A stretch of 64,000 nt of DNA from Candidatus Latescibacterota bacterium (GTDB lineage Bacteria; Latescibacterota; UBA2968; GCA-2709665): contig OZ242358.1 in NCBI GenBank assembly GCA_965208835.1, forward strand, positions 96,001-160,000, given 5' to 3'. The notes beneath the pieces were generated by a model. The model was not told the DNA's origin, did not search any database, and saw only the letters and a list, made by a program, of their open reading frames with translations. Position 1 is the stretch's first letter; every line of letters starts with the position of its first letter. The position numbers and the translations under genes are program-made. Below, in pieces: positions 37,501-46,849 of this stretch.

Positions 37501-40026
37501 ATATCCATAGTCCAACCGGGGTTTTCGCACCCCGACGTAGCGCTCGTACGGATCCAGGTCGAGCGTCTCTCGGCTGCGGTTGGGGCGGCCCCCTTTCTCC
37601 AGCACCGTGGCTTCGATCCGGACACGAACCCCCGATGGCTCCGTTTCGGATACAGATAGCGGCCAGCGCACCCGCGCGCGGCCCTCCGCGTCGAGTTTGC
37701 CCTTGAAGATGCTGGTGCGGCTCGTCTTGTACCTTACGGCTTCGTTGGTGAAGCTGAATCCCGGGTAGTTGGTAAACTGCCGGGCGGCGTGTACGAATTC
37801 GACCGCGACCTCGGCATCCAGCCCTGCAGCCGGATTTCCGAAAAGGTAGGTGCTGGCGAGTACCAGTCGAAGTTCATCGTCATCAGGCGTCAAACGCGTC
37901 TTTTCGGGCTCGATCCGTACCTTCAACCGGTAAGGGACCACCGTCTCGACCTTCACGGTATGGTCAAACGTCCGGCTTCCCACCTCCAGGCGCGCCCGCC
38001 AGTTTCCCGTGGGGTCGTCGGGCTCGGTCCTGAAGCTGAACGCATAGAAGCCGTCCTTGCCCGTTCGGGACGTCCGATCGAGTACAAGCTGGTTTCTGGG
38101 GTTGAAGAGTTTCAGCGTAACCGGGTGGTTCTCCGGAAAGGTCTCATCCGAATTGCGCGCGATCAGTGAAAGGTGGATCTCGTCGCCGGGCCGGTACACG
38201 CCCCTTTCAGAATATATATACGCCCGGACACCGTCCGGCGGCGCCGATACGCCCCCGGTATCGAAGGTGGAAAGGTCCCAGGCCATTTCGTTGCACTTGA
38301 TGATGCTCTTCTGGTCGTCTTTTTCCGCTTCAACATAGAAGACGTCCCGCTCTCCGCCGGGGATCGTTACCGCGCCGTGCCTGTCCGTCAGGCCCCGCCC
38401 GACCACCTGGTTCTGGAACGTACGCAGCGTGACCGTCACGCCGGACATGGGCGCCGCGTTGTTGAGATCCCGGACGTAAACCAGGTGCCGGCGACGCGCC
38501 TTCTTGTACGTCAATCCGATATCGCTTACAATAACGGGCTTGAATACCCGTCCGTGTGTGTTGATGTATCCCGGTGAGTAGGGATGGCTGCGGTAATCCC
38601 ACAACCCCCGGTTCCACCGCCATTGCTTTCGCGCTTCCTCGGCCTCGCCGGGCGCGCCGTACAGCATGTCGACGTGCTTGAAGCTGAGACTGATCAGAAG
38701 CGGTCCTTTCTCTGAGGGATCGAGCAGCGCGTTCAGGTCCAGCTCGTGCTGCAGCCACCGGTTGCGGACCTGGCTGATCTCGAGGACTGTATCGACAAGG
38801 CCCACGCCTACGCGGTTGACGGCCCAGGAGCTGAAGTCCCGTCGACGGTCCACGCCGCTCTTCAGACTCTGACTCTGCAGGAACTGGCCCAGGTTCGAGT
38901 CGAAAACCTGCTTGATCTGCAACCTCGCCCGATTCACGTTCACCGTCCGGAACCGCACACGCTGGCGTTTGATCGTAGGAAGAATCATCCCGTCTTCGGA
39001 GAATCGAATCCGGGGCTTCAGGTCGGGTATCTCGACCGTCTCGGTATGTTCCGAGGCCGTCGCCGCTCCCCATCGGCTGCGAATGCCGGGATGAATGGTG
39101 AGCGTATAGTGCCGACCATGCACAAAGTCCCCGCTCACGTGGATTCCCCTGCCCGCCGCGCTGGTCCGGATATCCAACGCCGGCACCACGGCAATCAGCC
39201 CGCGGAGGTCCTGGCCGGGGTCCGGGTCGTCGGTCATTTCGATCGCAAGGCCGGGCTCCCGCCCTTCCGCGCGACCTTCGACTTTGACGACTTTCATCTC
39301 CGTTACGGGAGCCAGAGTCCTTTTGTTCACGTAGTTCCGCGATATCTCCAACGGCTCCTTATCGAGGTCGAAACGGAGCTCTCGTCTGATTGCTCCCCGT
39401 ACAATGGGGTCCGAGACAAACGTGAAAGTACTCCCCTCAGCGTCTGCCTTCCAGACAAGGGAGAGCCGCTCCCGGCCCAGAGACAGCCGCCCGGCCTGCC
39501 GCACCTGTTCCAGCGAGGTCTTCTCGCTGAACACGACCTGCCCCTTGTACACCACGCGCCGTGGATCCTCTTTCTCGATCAGCTCGAAATCCACGTTCAA
39601 CGAGACAATCTCCCGGCCGGCTACGTGAAACGCGAACTCGAGCGGTTGCAGGTTCCCGTGCTGAGGGAACAGGGCTGCGAGATCGATGGCGCCCCTGTAG
39701 TTCTGCCGGAACGGGAGCGGCGCGTCCGGCCGGAAGAGAAGGGTACGACGGTCCTCCCAGCCGGCGGCGCCGTTGATGTCCGGTACGAACGTGAATACGT
39801 CTTTCTCAGGGCTCTTGCCAACCCGGTTTCCGGGCACGACCGGCGACACGAATCGCACGCGTATGTCGTCTCCCGCTCGGATGACATCGGATGTCACGTG
39901 GCTGACGAGCCTTGCCGTCTCCGGCGAGTAGGAGATCGACCCGGTTTCGTTCCGTTTCGAAGTACATCCGGCCATCAGAAATCCGATCAGAAACAACCTG
40001 CCGGCGCCAATCCGATTGAGAATCAT
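34507..40026 (-). CDS. Bacterial alpha-2-macroglobulin (lipoprotein)
   Basis: Lipobox MAGC; ERGVYRPG MG domain; thioester motif PYGCIEQ; AEAMY C-terminus; paired with pbpC. Confidence 0.93.
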   Translation of the reverse strand: MILNRIGAGRLFLIGFLMAGCTSKRNETGSISYSPETARLVSHVTSDVIRAGDDIRVRFVSPVVPGNRVGKSPEKDVFTFVPDINGAAGWEDRRTLLFRPDAPLPFRQNYRGAIDLAALFPQHGNLQPLEFAFHVAGREIVSLNVDFELIEKEDPRRVVYKGQVVFSEKTSLEQVRQAGRLSLGRERLSLVWKADAEGSTFTFVSDPIVRGAIRRELRFDLDKEPLEISRNYVNKRTLAPVTEMKVVKVEGRAEGREPGLAIEMTDDPDPGQDLRGLIAVVPALDIRTSAAGRGIHVSGDFVHGRHYTLTIHPGIRSRWGAATASEHTETVEIPDLKPRIRFSEDGMILPTIKRQRVRFRTVNVNRARLQIKQVFDSNLGQFLQSQSLKSGVDRRRDFSSWAVNRVGVGLVDTVLEISQVRNRWLQHELDLNALLDPSEKGPLLISLSFKHVDMLYGAPGEAEEARKQWRWNRGLWDYRSHPYSPGYINTHGRVFKPVIVSDIGLTYKKARRRHLVYVRDLNNAAPMSGVTVTLRTFQNQVVGRGLTDRHGAVTIPGGERDVFYVEAEKDDQKSIIKCNEMAWDLSTFDTGGVSAPPDGVRAYIYSERGVYRPGDEIHLSLIARNSDETFPENHPVTLKLFNPRNQLVLDRTSRTGKDGFYAFSFRTEPDDPTGNWRARLEVGSRTFDHTVKVETVVPYRLKVRIEPEKTRLTPDDDELRLVLASTYLFGNPAAGLDAEVAVEFVHAARQFTNYPGFSFTNEAVRYKTSRTSIFKGKLDAEGRARVRWPLSVSETEPSGVRVRIEATVLEKGGRPNRSRETLDLDPYERYVGVRKPRLDYGYARLGSSLEIPVVLVTPHGEAMPGLPLEYRIYRSTSHWWWEYQSRDQFRLKFKTDQFTEQIQSGSLFSQAAPVPLVFTPEERGEYLIEVKDGSGHTAAFFMRAYPWGEAQADPKSAGMLALKTDRKAYAPGDSALVTFPAPRQGAILVSVEQDSRILQTRWYEPDGRQEEFQVPVPITRDMAPTAYVGVSVLQPYAQTMNDRPIRMYGVVPLNVSDPHTRQEITLRMPGELKPESRFQIVVETGDGEPAQFTLAVVDEGLMALTGFATPDAWQSFYRKRRLGVVTHDVYSHVIGANKGDVFKTFAVGGGFAYRASQLEPERAKRFKAVSLFKGPIETDAQGRATVDFEMPDYTGSVRVMAVSASGGRYGKSESSVPVKTDLMVMPTLPRVLGPGDRITVPVTVFAMVDSIGPIVVSIHAEGPVSVVGPARQELDFSTSGEQELSFTLNAASAVGQARVVVAAAAPDIVADHETDLNVRPSSPRTYAVQEQEIRPGERVRFTVPDKGLPGTNRARVVLRRHPDFGMTHRLLRLVRFPYGCIEQTVSTAFPLLYLSTFLEGVKYAGDATVRIDMFINSAIRKLRKFKLGSGGFAYWPGANTVSTWGSLYAGHFLIEAAKLGYHVPQDLMANWMRYEKSRSLTVKDGLMARVYRVFLLALAGEYQIGPMNLLKETGIKDMNDTQKWLLAAAYHLAGVERTAAQILIPAGKRVEVYNESGGTYGSGMRDLAIILNTLVMFERWSEADEVAKDLGLALASQKWYSTQTTGFMLLSLGKYVRSLDRGEDGPPVLAGTIRLPDGREMPFETDRSAYHVEIEEGFGREVAVTLDSASTVRRAFATLDWDGVPLTDDEGDTSSKLALKVRWLNDDGLPIDPTELSQGENFWGHLRVRNLAVARNVEELALVQVLPAGWEIDNPRLSARTAPSWTKRLNLNREEYMDARDDRVMWFFDFKSRRDLDFVVRLSAVTAGSFRLPATVAEAMYDRSYRATAAGKRVVVKQR

Positions 40027-40215
40027 CCCCAGCTCCCCATGGTATATTGTGGAAACACCGGTCTGCACAGCCGGCGACAGGCAATCCGATCCCCGTCAGT
40101 AACGATCCATCGTCCGCCATCGACCCGCAAAACCGCTTGACATCACCGGGCCGATCTTTACCTTAACAGCCCGTTGAAAACCGGTCACGCGTCGCGAAAC
40201 CTCAGGAGATTTTTG

Positions 40216-41277
40216 ATGCAATTCGGCCAGTTCTATCTGCTGGAAACCCCGCCCGGCAAAGACCATACAGAGGTGTACCACGAAGCCTTCGAACAGTTCA
40301 AGCTCATGGACGATTTGGGCTGGGACGCCATCTGGCTGGCCGAACACCATTTCGACCACAAGGCGCCGGGGGCGAACTACTATTCGATTACCCCGTCCAT
40401 CCACACCATGGCCGCGTACGCGTCGGCCATTACGGAACGCATCAAGATCGGTACGGCGGTCATCGTACTGCCGTTCCACAACCCGGTCATCGTCGCTGAA
40501 GACTTCGCCACCGTGGATATCATGTCCAGAGGTAGGCTCCTCTTCGGCGTGGGGCGCGGCTATCAGCTCGAGGAGTTCCACAACTGGGGCATCGACCTGG
40601 AGGAAAGCCGGGAACGCTTTCAGGAAGAACTGGAGATTATCCTTAAAGCCTGGACGGGCCCCGTGGAGTACGACGGCAAGTTTCACAAGGTGCGGAGGGT
40701 CAACGTCATCCCGAAACCGGTACAACAGCCCCACCCGCCGGTTTACGTCGCGGCGGTGAGTCCCTCCACCTACGAGTGGGTCATCAAGAACGGTTACAAC
40801 GTCCTGACGTCGTTTCTGCATCCCTACGATCAGGTATTCGAGCTCTACGAAGCGTACCACAAGACGGCGGACGCGTGCGGCCTGACTGGAAAGCTGGACT
40901 TCCCTCTGGCGAGATTCCTCTACGTATCCGAATCCACAGAGAAAGCCCGCGAAGAGTGCCACGACCAACTCATGTGGTATTTCCGCACCCTGCTTGCGGA
41001 GGTGATCGCGCCGCCGCCCGAGATCGCGCCTCCCGGACAGATGGAATTCTACCAGGAACTGAAGGAGAAATTCTCGAACATCAGCTTCGACGAGATCCTG
41101 GCCGAACACGCCATCGTGGGCGATCCGGACTTTGTTGCCGACAAAATCGCCTGGATCCAAAAACACACGGGGTTGCAGAACTTCATGGGCTGGACCCGCA
41201 TCGGAGACCTGCATCCCGACCTGGTCTGCAAGTCCCTGCGGATGTTCTCAGAACACGTCGCGCCCGCGTTCAATTAA
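40216..41277 (+). CDS. LLM-class flavin-dependent oxidoreductase
   Basis: WLAEHHF, IGTAVIVLP, GVGRGY, PKPVQQPHPP. Confidence 0.92.
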   Translation: MQFGQFYLLETPPGKDHTEVYHEAFEQFKLMDDLGWDAIWLAEHHFDHKAPGANYYSITPSIHTMAAYASAITERIKIGTAVIVLPFHNPVIVAEDFATVDIMSRGRLLFGVGRGYQLEEFHNWGIDLEESRERFQEELEIILKAWTGPVEYDGKFHKVRRVNVIPKPVQQPHPPVYVAAVSPSTYEWVIKNGYNVLTSFLHPYDQVFELYEAYHKTADACGLTGKLDFPLARFLYVSESTEKAREECHDQLMWYFRTLLAEVIAPPPEIAPPGQMEFYQELKEKFSNISFDEILAEHAIVGDPDFVADKIAWIQKHTGLQNFMGWTRIGDLHPDLVCKSLRMFSEHVAPAFN

Positions 41278-41309
41278 ACGCACCGCTGAATTGCTTCCTG
41301 AAACCCTTC

Positions 41310-41645
41310 CTATTCCCGCCACGCCGGCTGTGTGACATGCAACAGCAGTGCGCCCTCCGGAACCGTGATCACGGTTGAGGTCCCCTTTTCGATATACCCC
41401 AGATCGCCGACTTCGAAACGCACCGGCTCCCTGCCTGCGGCGTGGACTTCCAGTTCGCCTTTCAACAGAAAAAAGACCTCGTTGTAGTCGAAGGTCCATT
41501 CCAGCCGGCTGGGTTCGAGGTATTCCGTGAATCCCGCGGCAAGGCAATCGTCCTTCCCAAGTATCGGGTCGGAGACCTGTACCGTTGCGCCAGGCGCGTC
41601 GTACAGCTTCATGTCCCGTTGATCCGGTTTGACGATCTGTACCAT
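41310..41645 (-). CDS. EutQ-like cupin protein
   Basis: AGF...WTFDYNE...LKGEL...GDLGYIEKG cupin pattern. Confidence 0.75.
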   Translation of the reverse strand: MVQIVKPDQRDMKLYDAPGATVQVSDPILGKDDCLAAGFTEYLEPSRLEWTFDYNEVFFLLKGELEVHAAGREPVRFEVGDLGYIEKGTSTVITVPEGALLLHVTQPAWRE

Positions 41646-41666
41646 TAAAATTCTCCTTAATTATCT

Positions 41667-41882
41667 GGGCACCCACAAGGGGTGTCCCTACCAATGCAAG
41701 GCCGGCGCGTTAACGTGGGAGATCGATTCGTGTAAGTATGTTTTCTGTAGGGGGCGTTCGCGAACCGTGCCGCAATGTGGGCACCCACAAGGGGTGCCCC
41801 TACCAATGCAACGTCGGCGTGTTAACGTGGGAGATCGATTCGTGGATGTTTGGTTTTGTAGGGGCGTCCCTTGTGGGCGCCC
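41667..41882. repeat. Two tandem GTAG-type REPINs (family D)
   Basis: Units 41667-41771 and 41779-41882 share the linker with 34130-34232. Confidence 0.85.
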
Positions 41883-41887
41883 GGCCT

Positions 41888-44248
41888 CTACCCGATTTTC
41901 TCACCTCTACCCTTACCTGGCTCCAGCACCTGCCGTGTCTCAGCCTCCGAGGCAATGGTCTCCCAGTCCCACAGTTGAGGGACATACCCCACGTTTGCCC
42001 AGAGTTGCGCCTGGTCCGAATAGTGCGCGCTGCCGGGATGTCCGGAGGCCCCCAGCGGCACGATCCACAACGAATTGCTCCAGTCCGACGGATCGTGGAT
42101 GTACCGGTTTACCGACATCCCGGTCGCAACAAAAGGCTCGCTCGCGTCATACCCGCCGGCCAGCGGAACGTCCCCGTCTCCATGTGTGGGCAGACAGGGC
42201 GGATCCAGAAGCCGTGCGCATTCCGGAAAAACCTGCGACAGCGGATGCCTCGGACGGGTCTGGTGGACGCGGCCCCACTTCCACCCGGACATCTCATCGC
42301 CCAGCCGTTCCCTGAGGTCTCCGACGGCCCGCCGGAGACTTTCGGCCAGAAGGTCTTCCCAACTGCGGCCGTCCGGCAACATGGATCCGTCGCCCCGCTC
42401 GAGACCCAGGATCATCTCCAGAACGATCAGCCGGACGTGCGCTTCCGCTCCCGAGGCCCCCTCCAGCGCCGGGGCCGCCATATCGCCCAGCAGGTGCTCC
42501 GCCAGGATTCGCGTTGCGCACAGGCGGGTCTGGGAATAGATCGTCGGCTGCGGAAGGTCCCGGTCCATGCGATAGTCCCACTCGCGCAAGAGCGCGAGGG
42601 CCTGCCCGGACTCCACGTCCGGAGCCTTGACCTTCAGTAGCGCCCGTGTGAATATCCGCGCCGGAATCGACGTCCGGTCCGCGTGCATGCACGCCATATC
42701 TTCCACGGTGGCCGTGCCCGGTTTCAGGTCCAGAATGTCCGACTGAAGGCGCTTCGCCCTGTATTCCGGACTGAAGTACAGTCCCACGTAGTACGGATAT
42801 TCGTGCCCGGCCACGCGCTGGTTGCACGTCACCGCGTATCCGGCCCGTGGACGGATCGCCCGGGGCAGGTCGTCGTGAGGTATATACCCCTTCCACTCGT
42901 ATTTCCCGGTCCAGCCGGGTACCGCCCGCCATCCATTGGCTTCAGTACGAATGGGGATCTTTCCCTCGTGCAAATATCCGAAACCGCCATGGATGTCTAC
43001 AACCGCGTAGTTGTTCACCCGGTCGGTCCAGTTTCGGAATGCACCGTGCAGTTCCTCCACAGTGGTTGCGAGCATCGCGTCCCTGGCGGCGTCCAGCCAC
43101 GGCGTGCCCCGAATGAGCCCCGGGTCGCTGATCGCAATGCCGTATCCCGCCTCGGGATTGCCAGCGATGACAGGGCCGTGGTGCGTGATGGTCACTTCGA
43201 TCTCGACCGGCTCCGCGTTGCGTACCGCGATCGTCTCATGAAGGACTTCAGCCTGTCTCCACGTGTCCACGAATTCGTACTCCCGCCGGCCGGCCCTCTC
43301 CCGGAATCGCTCCACGAACAAGTCCTGCGTGTCGGCATTTCCGTAGGTCATTCCCCAACCCACATGCTCGTTGTGACAGAAGTGCAGGATCCCGGGCATC
43401 CCGGGTATCGAAGATCCGATGATCGAAAATTCGGGGCAGGAGAGATGGGCCTGATAGTAGACGCTCGGCGTATCCAGGGCCCTGTGGGAATCTCCGCCCA
43501 TCAGCGGCAATCCGGAGCGGGTACGTTCGCCTGAAATCGCCCAGGCGTTGGAACCGGCGTCCGCCTCCTTCAGCCAGTTGACGTCCTCCAGCGCCTTGCC
43601 GAGTTCCTCCAGTCCGTCCACGGCGGGCCCACGATACACCTCCCCGGGTGGTACGGTGAGCAGATGGCCGCCGGGATACCCTTTGATGATGCGCGCTGCC
43701 TTCCCGGGGCCGATCCGGAGGGCCAGGCGCGTACGGAAAAGTTTCGGCTCGAACGTCCCCAACAGGGTATTGCGCATCTTGTAGACAGCAATACAGTGCC
43801 AATTCTCCCACGGTTCGGGCGACCTGTCCAGAAGTTTGTATTCGACCGGATGCGTCGACGTCGTTTCGATGAATGCGTTCACGCCCGCGGTGTACGCGTC
43901 CACCATCGCTCTCGCGGCCGCGCCCGCCGCGTCGTAGTCATGCCTGGCGGTGCGTCCCATTCCGGCCGTACGCAACAGCCGGTCCTGGTCCACGCCGTCG
44001 GGGCCGGCGATTTCCGCCCACCGCCCCAGCGCCCGGAACCGGTCGTAGTCCATATGCCAGAGCCGGTCCTGGGCTGTCGCGAAACCCTGCGCGAAGAATA
44101 CGTCGTGTTCGTTACCGGCCGAAATGTGCGGAATGCCCCACCGGTCCCGATAGATTGTAACCGCGTCGATCAAACCGGGCATGCGCAACGTGGAGGTCAC
44201 ATCCGGCAGCGCGCCCTCAAGGTCGGCTTTCGTGAGTTCTACGGGCAT
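41888..44248 (-). CDS. Penicillin acylase family Ntn hydrolase
   Basis: RDRWGIPHI, AQDRLWHMD, GSNAW cleavage site, GASGHPGSAHY. Confidence 0.92.
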   Translation of the reverse strand: MPVELTKADLEGALPDVTSTLRMPGLIDAVTIYRDRWGIPHISAGNEHDVFFAQGFATAQDRLWHMDYDRFRALGRWAEIAGPDGVDQDRLLRTAGMGRTARHDYDAAGAAARAMVDAYTAGVNAFIETTSTHPVEYKLLDRSPEPWENWHCIAVYKMRNTLLGTFEPKLFRTRLALRIGPGKAARIIKGYPGGHLLTVPPGEVYRGPAVDGLEELGKALEDVNWLKEADAGSNAWAISGERTRSGLPLMGGDSHRALDTPSVYYQAHLSCPEFSIIGSSIPGMPGILHFCHNEHVGWGMTYGNADTQDLFVERFRERAGRREYEFVDTWRQAEVLHETIAVRNAEPVEIEVTITHHGPVIAGNPEAGYGIAISDPGLIRGTPWLDAARDAMLATTVEELHGAFRNWTDRVNNYAVVDIHGGFGYLHEGKIPIRTEANGWRAVPGWTGKYEWKGYIPHDDLPRAIRPRAGYAVTCNQRVAGHEYPYYVGLYFSPEYRAKRLQSDILDLKPGTATVEDMACMHADRTSIPARIFTRALLKVKAPDVESGQALALLREWDYRMDRDLPQPTIYSQTRLCATRILAEHLLGDMAAPALEGASGAEAHVRLIVLEMILGLERGDGSMLPDGRSWEDLLAESLRRAVGDLRERLGDEMSGWKWGRVHQTRPRHPLSQVFPECARLLDPPCLPTHGDGDVPLAGGYDASEPFVATGMSVNRYIHDPSDWSNSLWIVPLGASGHPGSAHYSDQAQLWANVGYVPQLWDWETIASEAETRQVLEPGKGRGEKIG

Positions 44249-44269
44249 GAATTGTCCTCTTCAGGCGTT

Positions 44270-45130
44270 CTAATTTGCATTCGCGTCGTCGAGCCAGCGT
44301 TGAACCGCCTCCGAGAAACCGTCCGCGTTGTGTTCCGACACCACAGGAAACCGCGATTGCAAGGGTTCCGGGGCGTTTTGGACGACAAATGGAAATCCGC
44401 ACCACTGCAACATATCCAAGTCATTATAGTCGTTGCCGATGGCAGCGGTGCGGCCGGCGTCCACGCCCAGGCGTTCGCACAGCCTGGCAGCGGACCGGGC
44501 CTTGGAAACGTGCTTTGGAAAAATCTCAAACCACGTGGATTGGTGATCCGAAGGCGACGTGGTCCGGATCACCGACAGGTCCTCCAGGGCCTTCGAGAGC
44601 GCGTCGTGAGTGCGCCAGGGATCCGTTTCGGTCGGACAGACAACCACAAACTGCGAGGCCCGGCCGTTTCCGGGGCAACCGGGATTCAACGGGCGACAAT
44701 GTTCCGCGTTGTATTGACGCCTGCGTACAAAATCGGGATTGTTTTCGTTCTGCTCCCAGTACTCGAACGTATGGTTCTCCGGAACGGGCGCGTGGACCAT
44801 GAAGTCATATCCGCCGTCGATGAGATGCCCGGTAACGCGGCGCACGTCTCCGGCGGAAAGGGAATGGGATTCCACCAGCGTCTGATCCCGAAAATCGAAG
44901 ACACCTACCCCGGACGAAGTGATCAGAAAATCGATCGGGAATGACTCGCTCAGGACGGTACGGGCCGACATATGCGACCTGCCGGTGACCACGGTCCGCC
45001 AGACGTTCTTTCCGCCCAGCTTTTTCAGCGTTTCCAGGCTTCGGACGCTTGCCTTGCGATCGCTCTGCAGCAGTGTGCCGTCAAGATCCGTAAACAGTGC
45101 AAGGCCCGATCTTTCTTCATCTGGCGCCAA
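44270..45130 (-). CDS. HAD-superfamily hydrolase (Cof-like, IIB)
   Basis: TDLDGTLL, TGR, SKA, GNDYND; TTG start with GGAGG. Confidence 0.88.
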   Translation of the reverse strand: MAPDEERSGLALFTDLDGTLLQSDRKASVRSLETLKKLGGKNVWRTVVTGRSHMSARTVLSESFPIDFLITSSGVGVFDFRDQTLVESHSLSAGDVRRVTGHLIDGGYDFMVHAPVPENHTFEYWEQNENNPDFVRRRQYNAEHCRPLNPGCPGNGRASQFVVVCPTETDPWRTHDALSKALEDLSVIRTTSPSDHQSTWFEIFPKHVSKARSAARLCERLGVDAGRTAAIGNDYNDLDMLQWCGFPFVVQNAPEPLQSRFPVVSEHNADGFSEAVQRWLDDANAN

Positions 45131-45177
45131 CCCGTGCCTCCATCCACGCGCGGTCGACCCTTCGGCCGCGCTGCTTT

Positions 45178-45369
45178 GCCTCAATCAGAAAAAACAGCAA
45201 CGCGGCGACGCGATAAGACCCTCCGAAACGGGGCGTTATCGACGTATAGAAGGACATTTTTTACCTTTACGTCAAGTAACCTGGTGTATCCTGGTAATCT
45301 GCAGTTTAATCGCCTTTATCAACTTGCACAAATACGAACTAACGTCACCGAAGACTCACGAATCAAGGT
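45178..45369 (+). repeat. ~190 bp dispersed repeat family A
   Basis: Similar over its full length to the reverse complement of 53369-53561. Confidence 0.88.
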
Positions 45370-45624
45370 TAAGCATCGGTAAAACGACAGGAATACAACG
45401 AAGCCTTCTTCATCCCTCCCCCGTGACGCGGATATGATGCGCCGGGAAATTCCGCGTGAATATAAAAAATCCGGAAGAAAACACATAACCGATTCTCCTC
45501 CGGATTGACGATGGCGATACATGAAAAGCTGGTATAACAAAAACGGCGCACTGCCGTGCGCCTTCTCTCTCATTCAAGGCCCCTGACCTGTCTTCGGTTC
45601 AGGCGAATCCTGCCGGTCTACCCG

Positions 45625-46206
45625 TCAATCCCTGGACCGTTTGCGGAAGTACAACACCCGGTGCAGCGCGGTATAGTTGGACAAAAACGCGATGGCCCAG
45701 ATCGCTATCGTAAGACCGATTTCGCCCACCAGCGCCCCCACCCCAATGGCAATGACCCTTTCTGGCCGCTGCATGAAACCGACCTTGCACTCTTCGCCCA
45801 GGCCCTCGACACGCGCGCGGATATAGCTCACCATCAACGAGCCGGCCAGCGCAAAAAACACGGCGGACGTGGTCCAGAGGGAGTCAGACCGGATGAAGCT
45901 GACCGCCACGCCAAACCAGATCACGATTTCCGAATACCGGTCTACAGTGGAATCCAGGAGCGCGCCGAACGTGGTTTCGCTCCGCCCCACGCGGGCGACC
46001 TGTCCATCCAGAAAATCGAACACACCGGCAAGGAGCACGATTAAGCCGGCCCAACGCAGGTAATCGAAACCGAAAAGCGCCGCCGCAACCAGGTTCAGGA
46101 GGAACCCGACCAGTGTTAGCGCATTCGGCCGGAACCGCTTCTTGACAAGGTACTGCGTGGAGGGTTCGAGCAGTTCGGCGACGTCGTCTTTGACTTTCTC
46201 GATCAC
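45625..46206 (-). CDS. CDP-alcohol phosphatidyltransferase
   Basis: PNALT and DFLDGQVAR...GALLDSTVD signature. Confidence 0.9.
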   Translation of the reverse strand: MIEKVKDDVAELLEPSTQYLVKKRFRPNALTLVGFLLNLVAAALFGFDYLRWAGLIVLLAGVFDFLDGQVARVGRSETTFGALLDSTVDRYSEIVIWFGVAVSFIRSDSLWTTSAVFFALAGSLMVSYIRARVEGLGEECKVGFMQRPERVIAIGVGALVGEIGLTIAIWAIAFLSNYTALHRVLYFRKRSRD

Positions 46207-46398
46207 GAGCCGTCACTCTCCAAAGGCCGCGGATTCGCAGTTCTACCGGATTTACAATACCCATCGCGGATTTTTTGAAATATAGAATAATCGCAGGGGG
46301 GGAGCAAGGGAAATCTCCCGTCCCGAACGCGCCGCGAATCGACCGATTTCGGCGAGTCGACGCCAGCCGCGCCCCATACCGACGGCACTTTCCCGACG

Positions 46399-46519
46399 CT
46401 TTCCACATGATGTCGTCAGAACTGTGGATACTTGTGGATTAAATCCAATAAATATATAAAAAAACAAATAAATAGTTATCCACACTGGCTGCTGTCCAGG
46501 TTTTGAACAACGTGGATAA
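46399..46519. promoter_or_regulatory. DnaA-box cluster with AT-rich core
   Basis: Perfect TTATCCACA 46476-46484; one-mismatch boxes at 46423, 46433, 46511; A/T tract 46441-46475. Confidence 0.6.
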
Positions 46520-46601
46520 CCTATATTCCGGATGCGAATGCCACACGGACGGCCTGCTTCCCGCCGGGACGTGCAGACGCCGGCTTCGTCGTCCTTATCC
46601 C

Positions 46602-46630
46602 TTGACACACGGCGGCCGGCATGTTATTCT
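46602..46630 (+). promoter_or_regulatory. Sigma70 promoter
   Basis: TTGACA-N17-TATTCT with extended -10 TG. Confidence 0.6.
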
Positions 46631-46666
46631 TCGCACGCTGTTCGGCACGATATCCTCATCCTATAA

Positions 46667-46826
46667 CAGTCCGTTGGAAAAGTCGCTCTGCAGGCGAGGG
46701 CGAGCCATCGTGGCCGAAGACAAGGCGCGCGACCGAGTCGACTCTGGGGATTCGGCGAGGGAGCGCAACGCGGTAGTTCGGCCGCGAGAGCCGGACGCAG
46801 CCCGGATGGGCTTTTTCAACGGGCTG
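46667..46826. repeat. MITE-like element family C
   Basis: TIRs cagtccgttg...caacgggctg; inverted copy at 60050-60195. Confidence 0.8.
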
Positions 46827-46849
46827 ATTAAGGAAAGGTATTCCGCCTT

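Noticed and set aside
31672-40026. Alpha-2-macroglobulin + pbpC as a novel system
   Set aside because: Well-known conserved gene pair.
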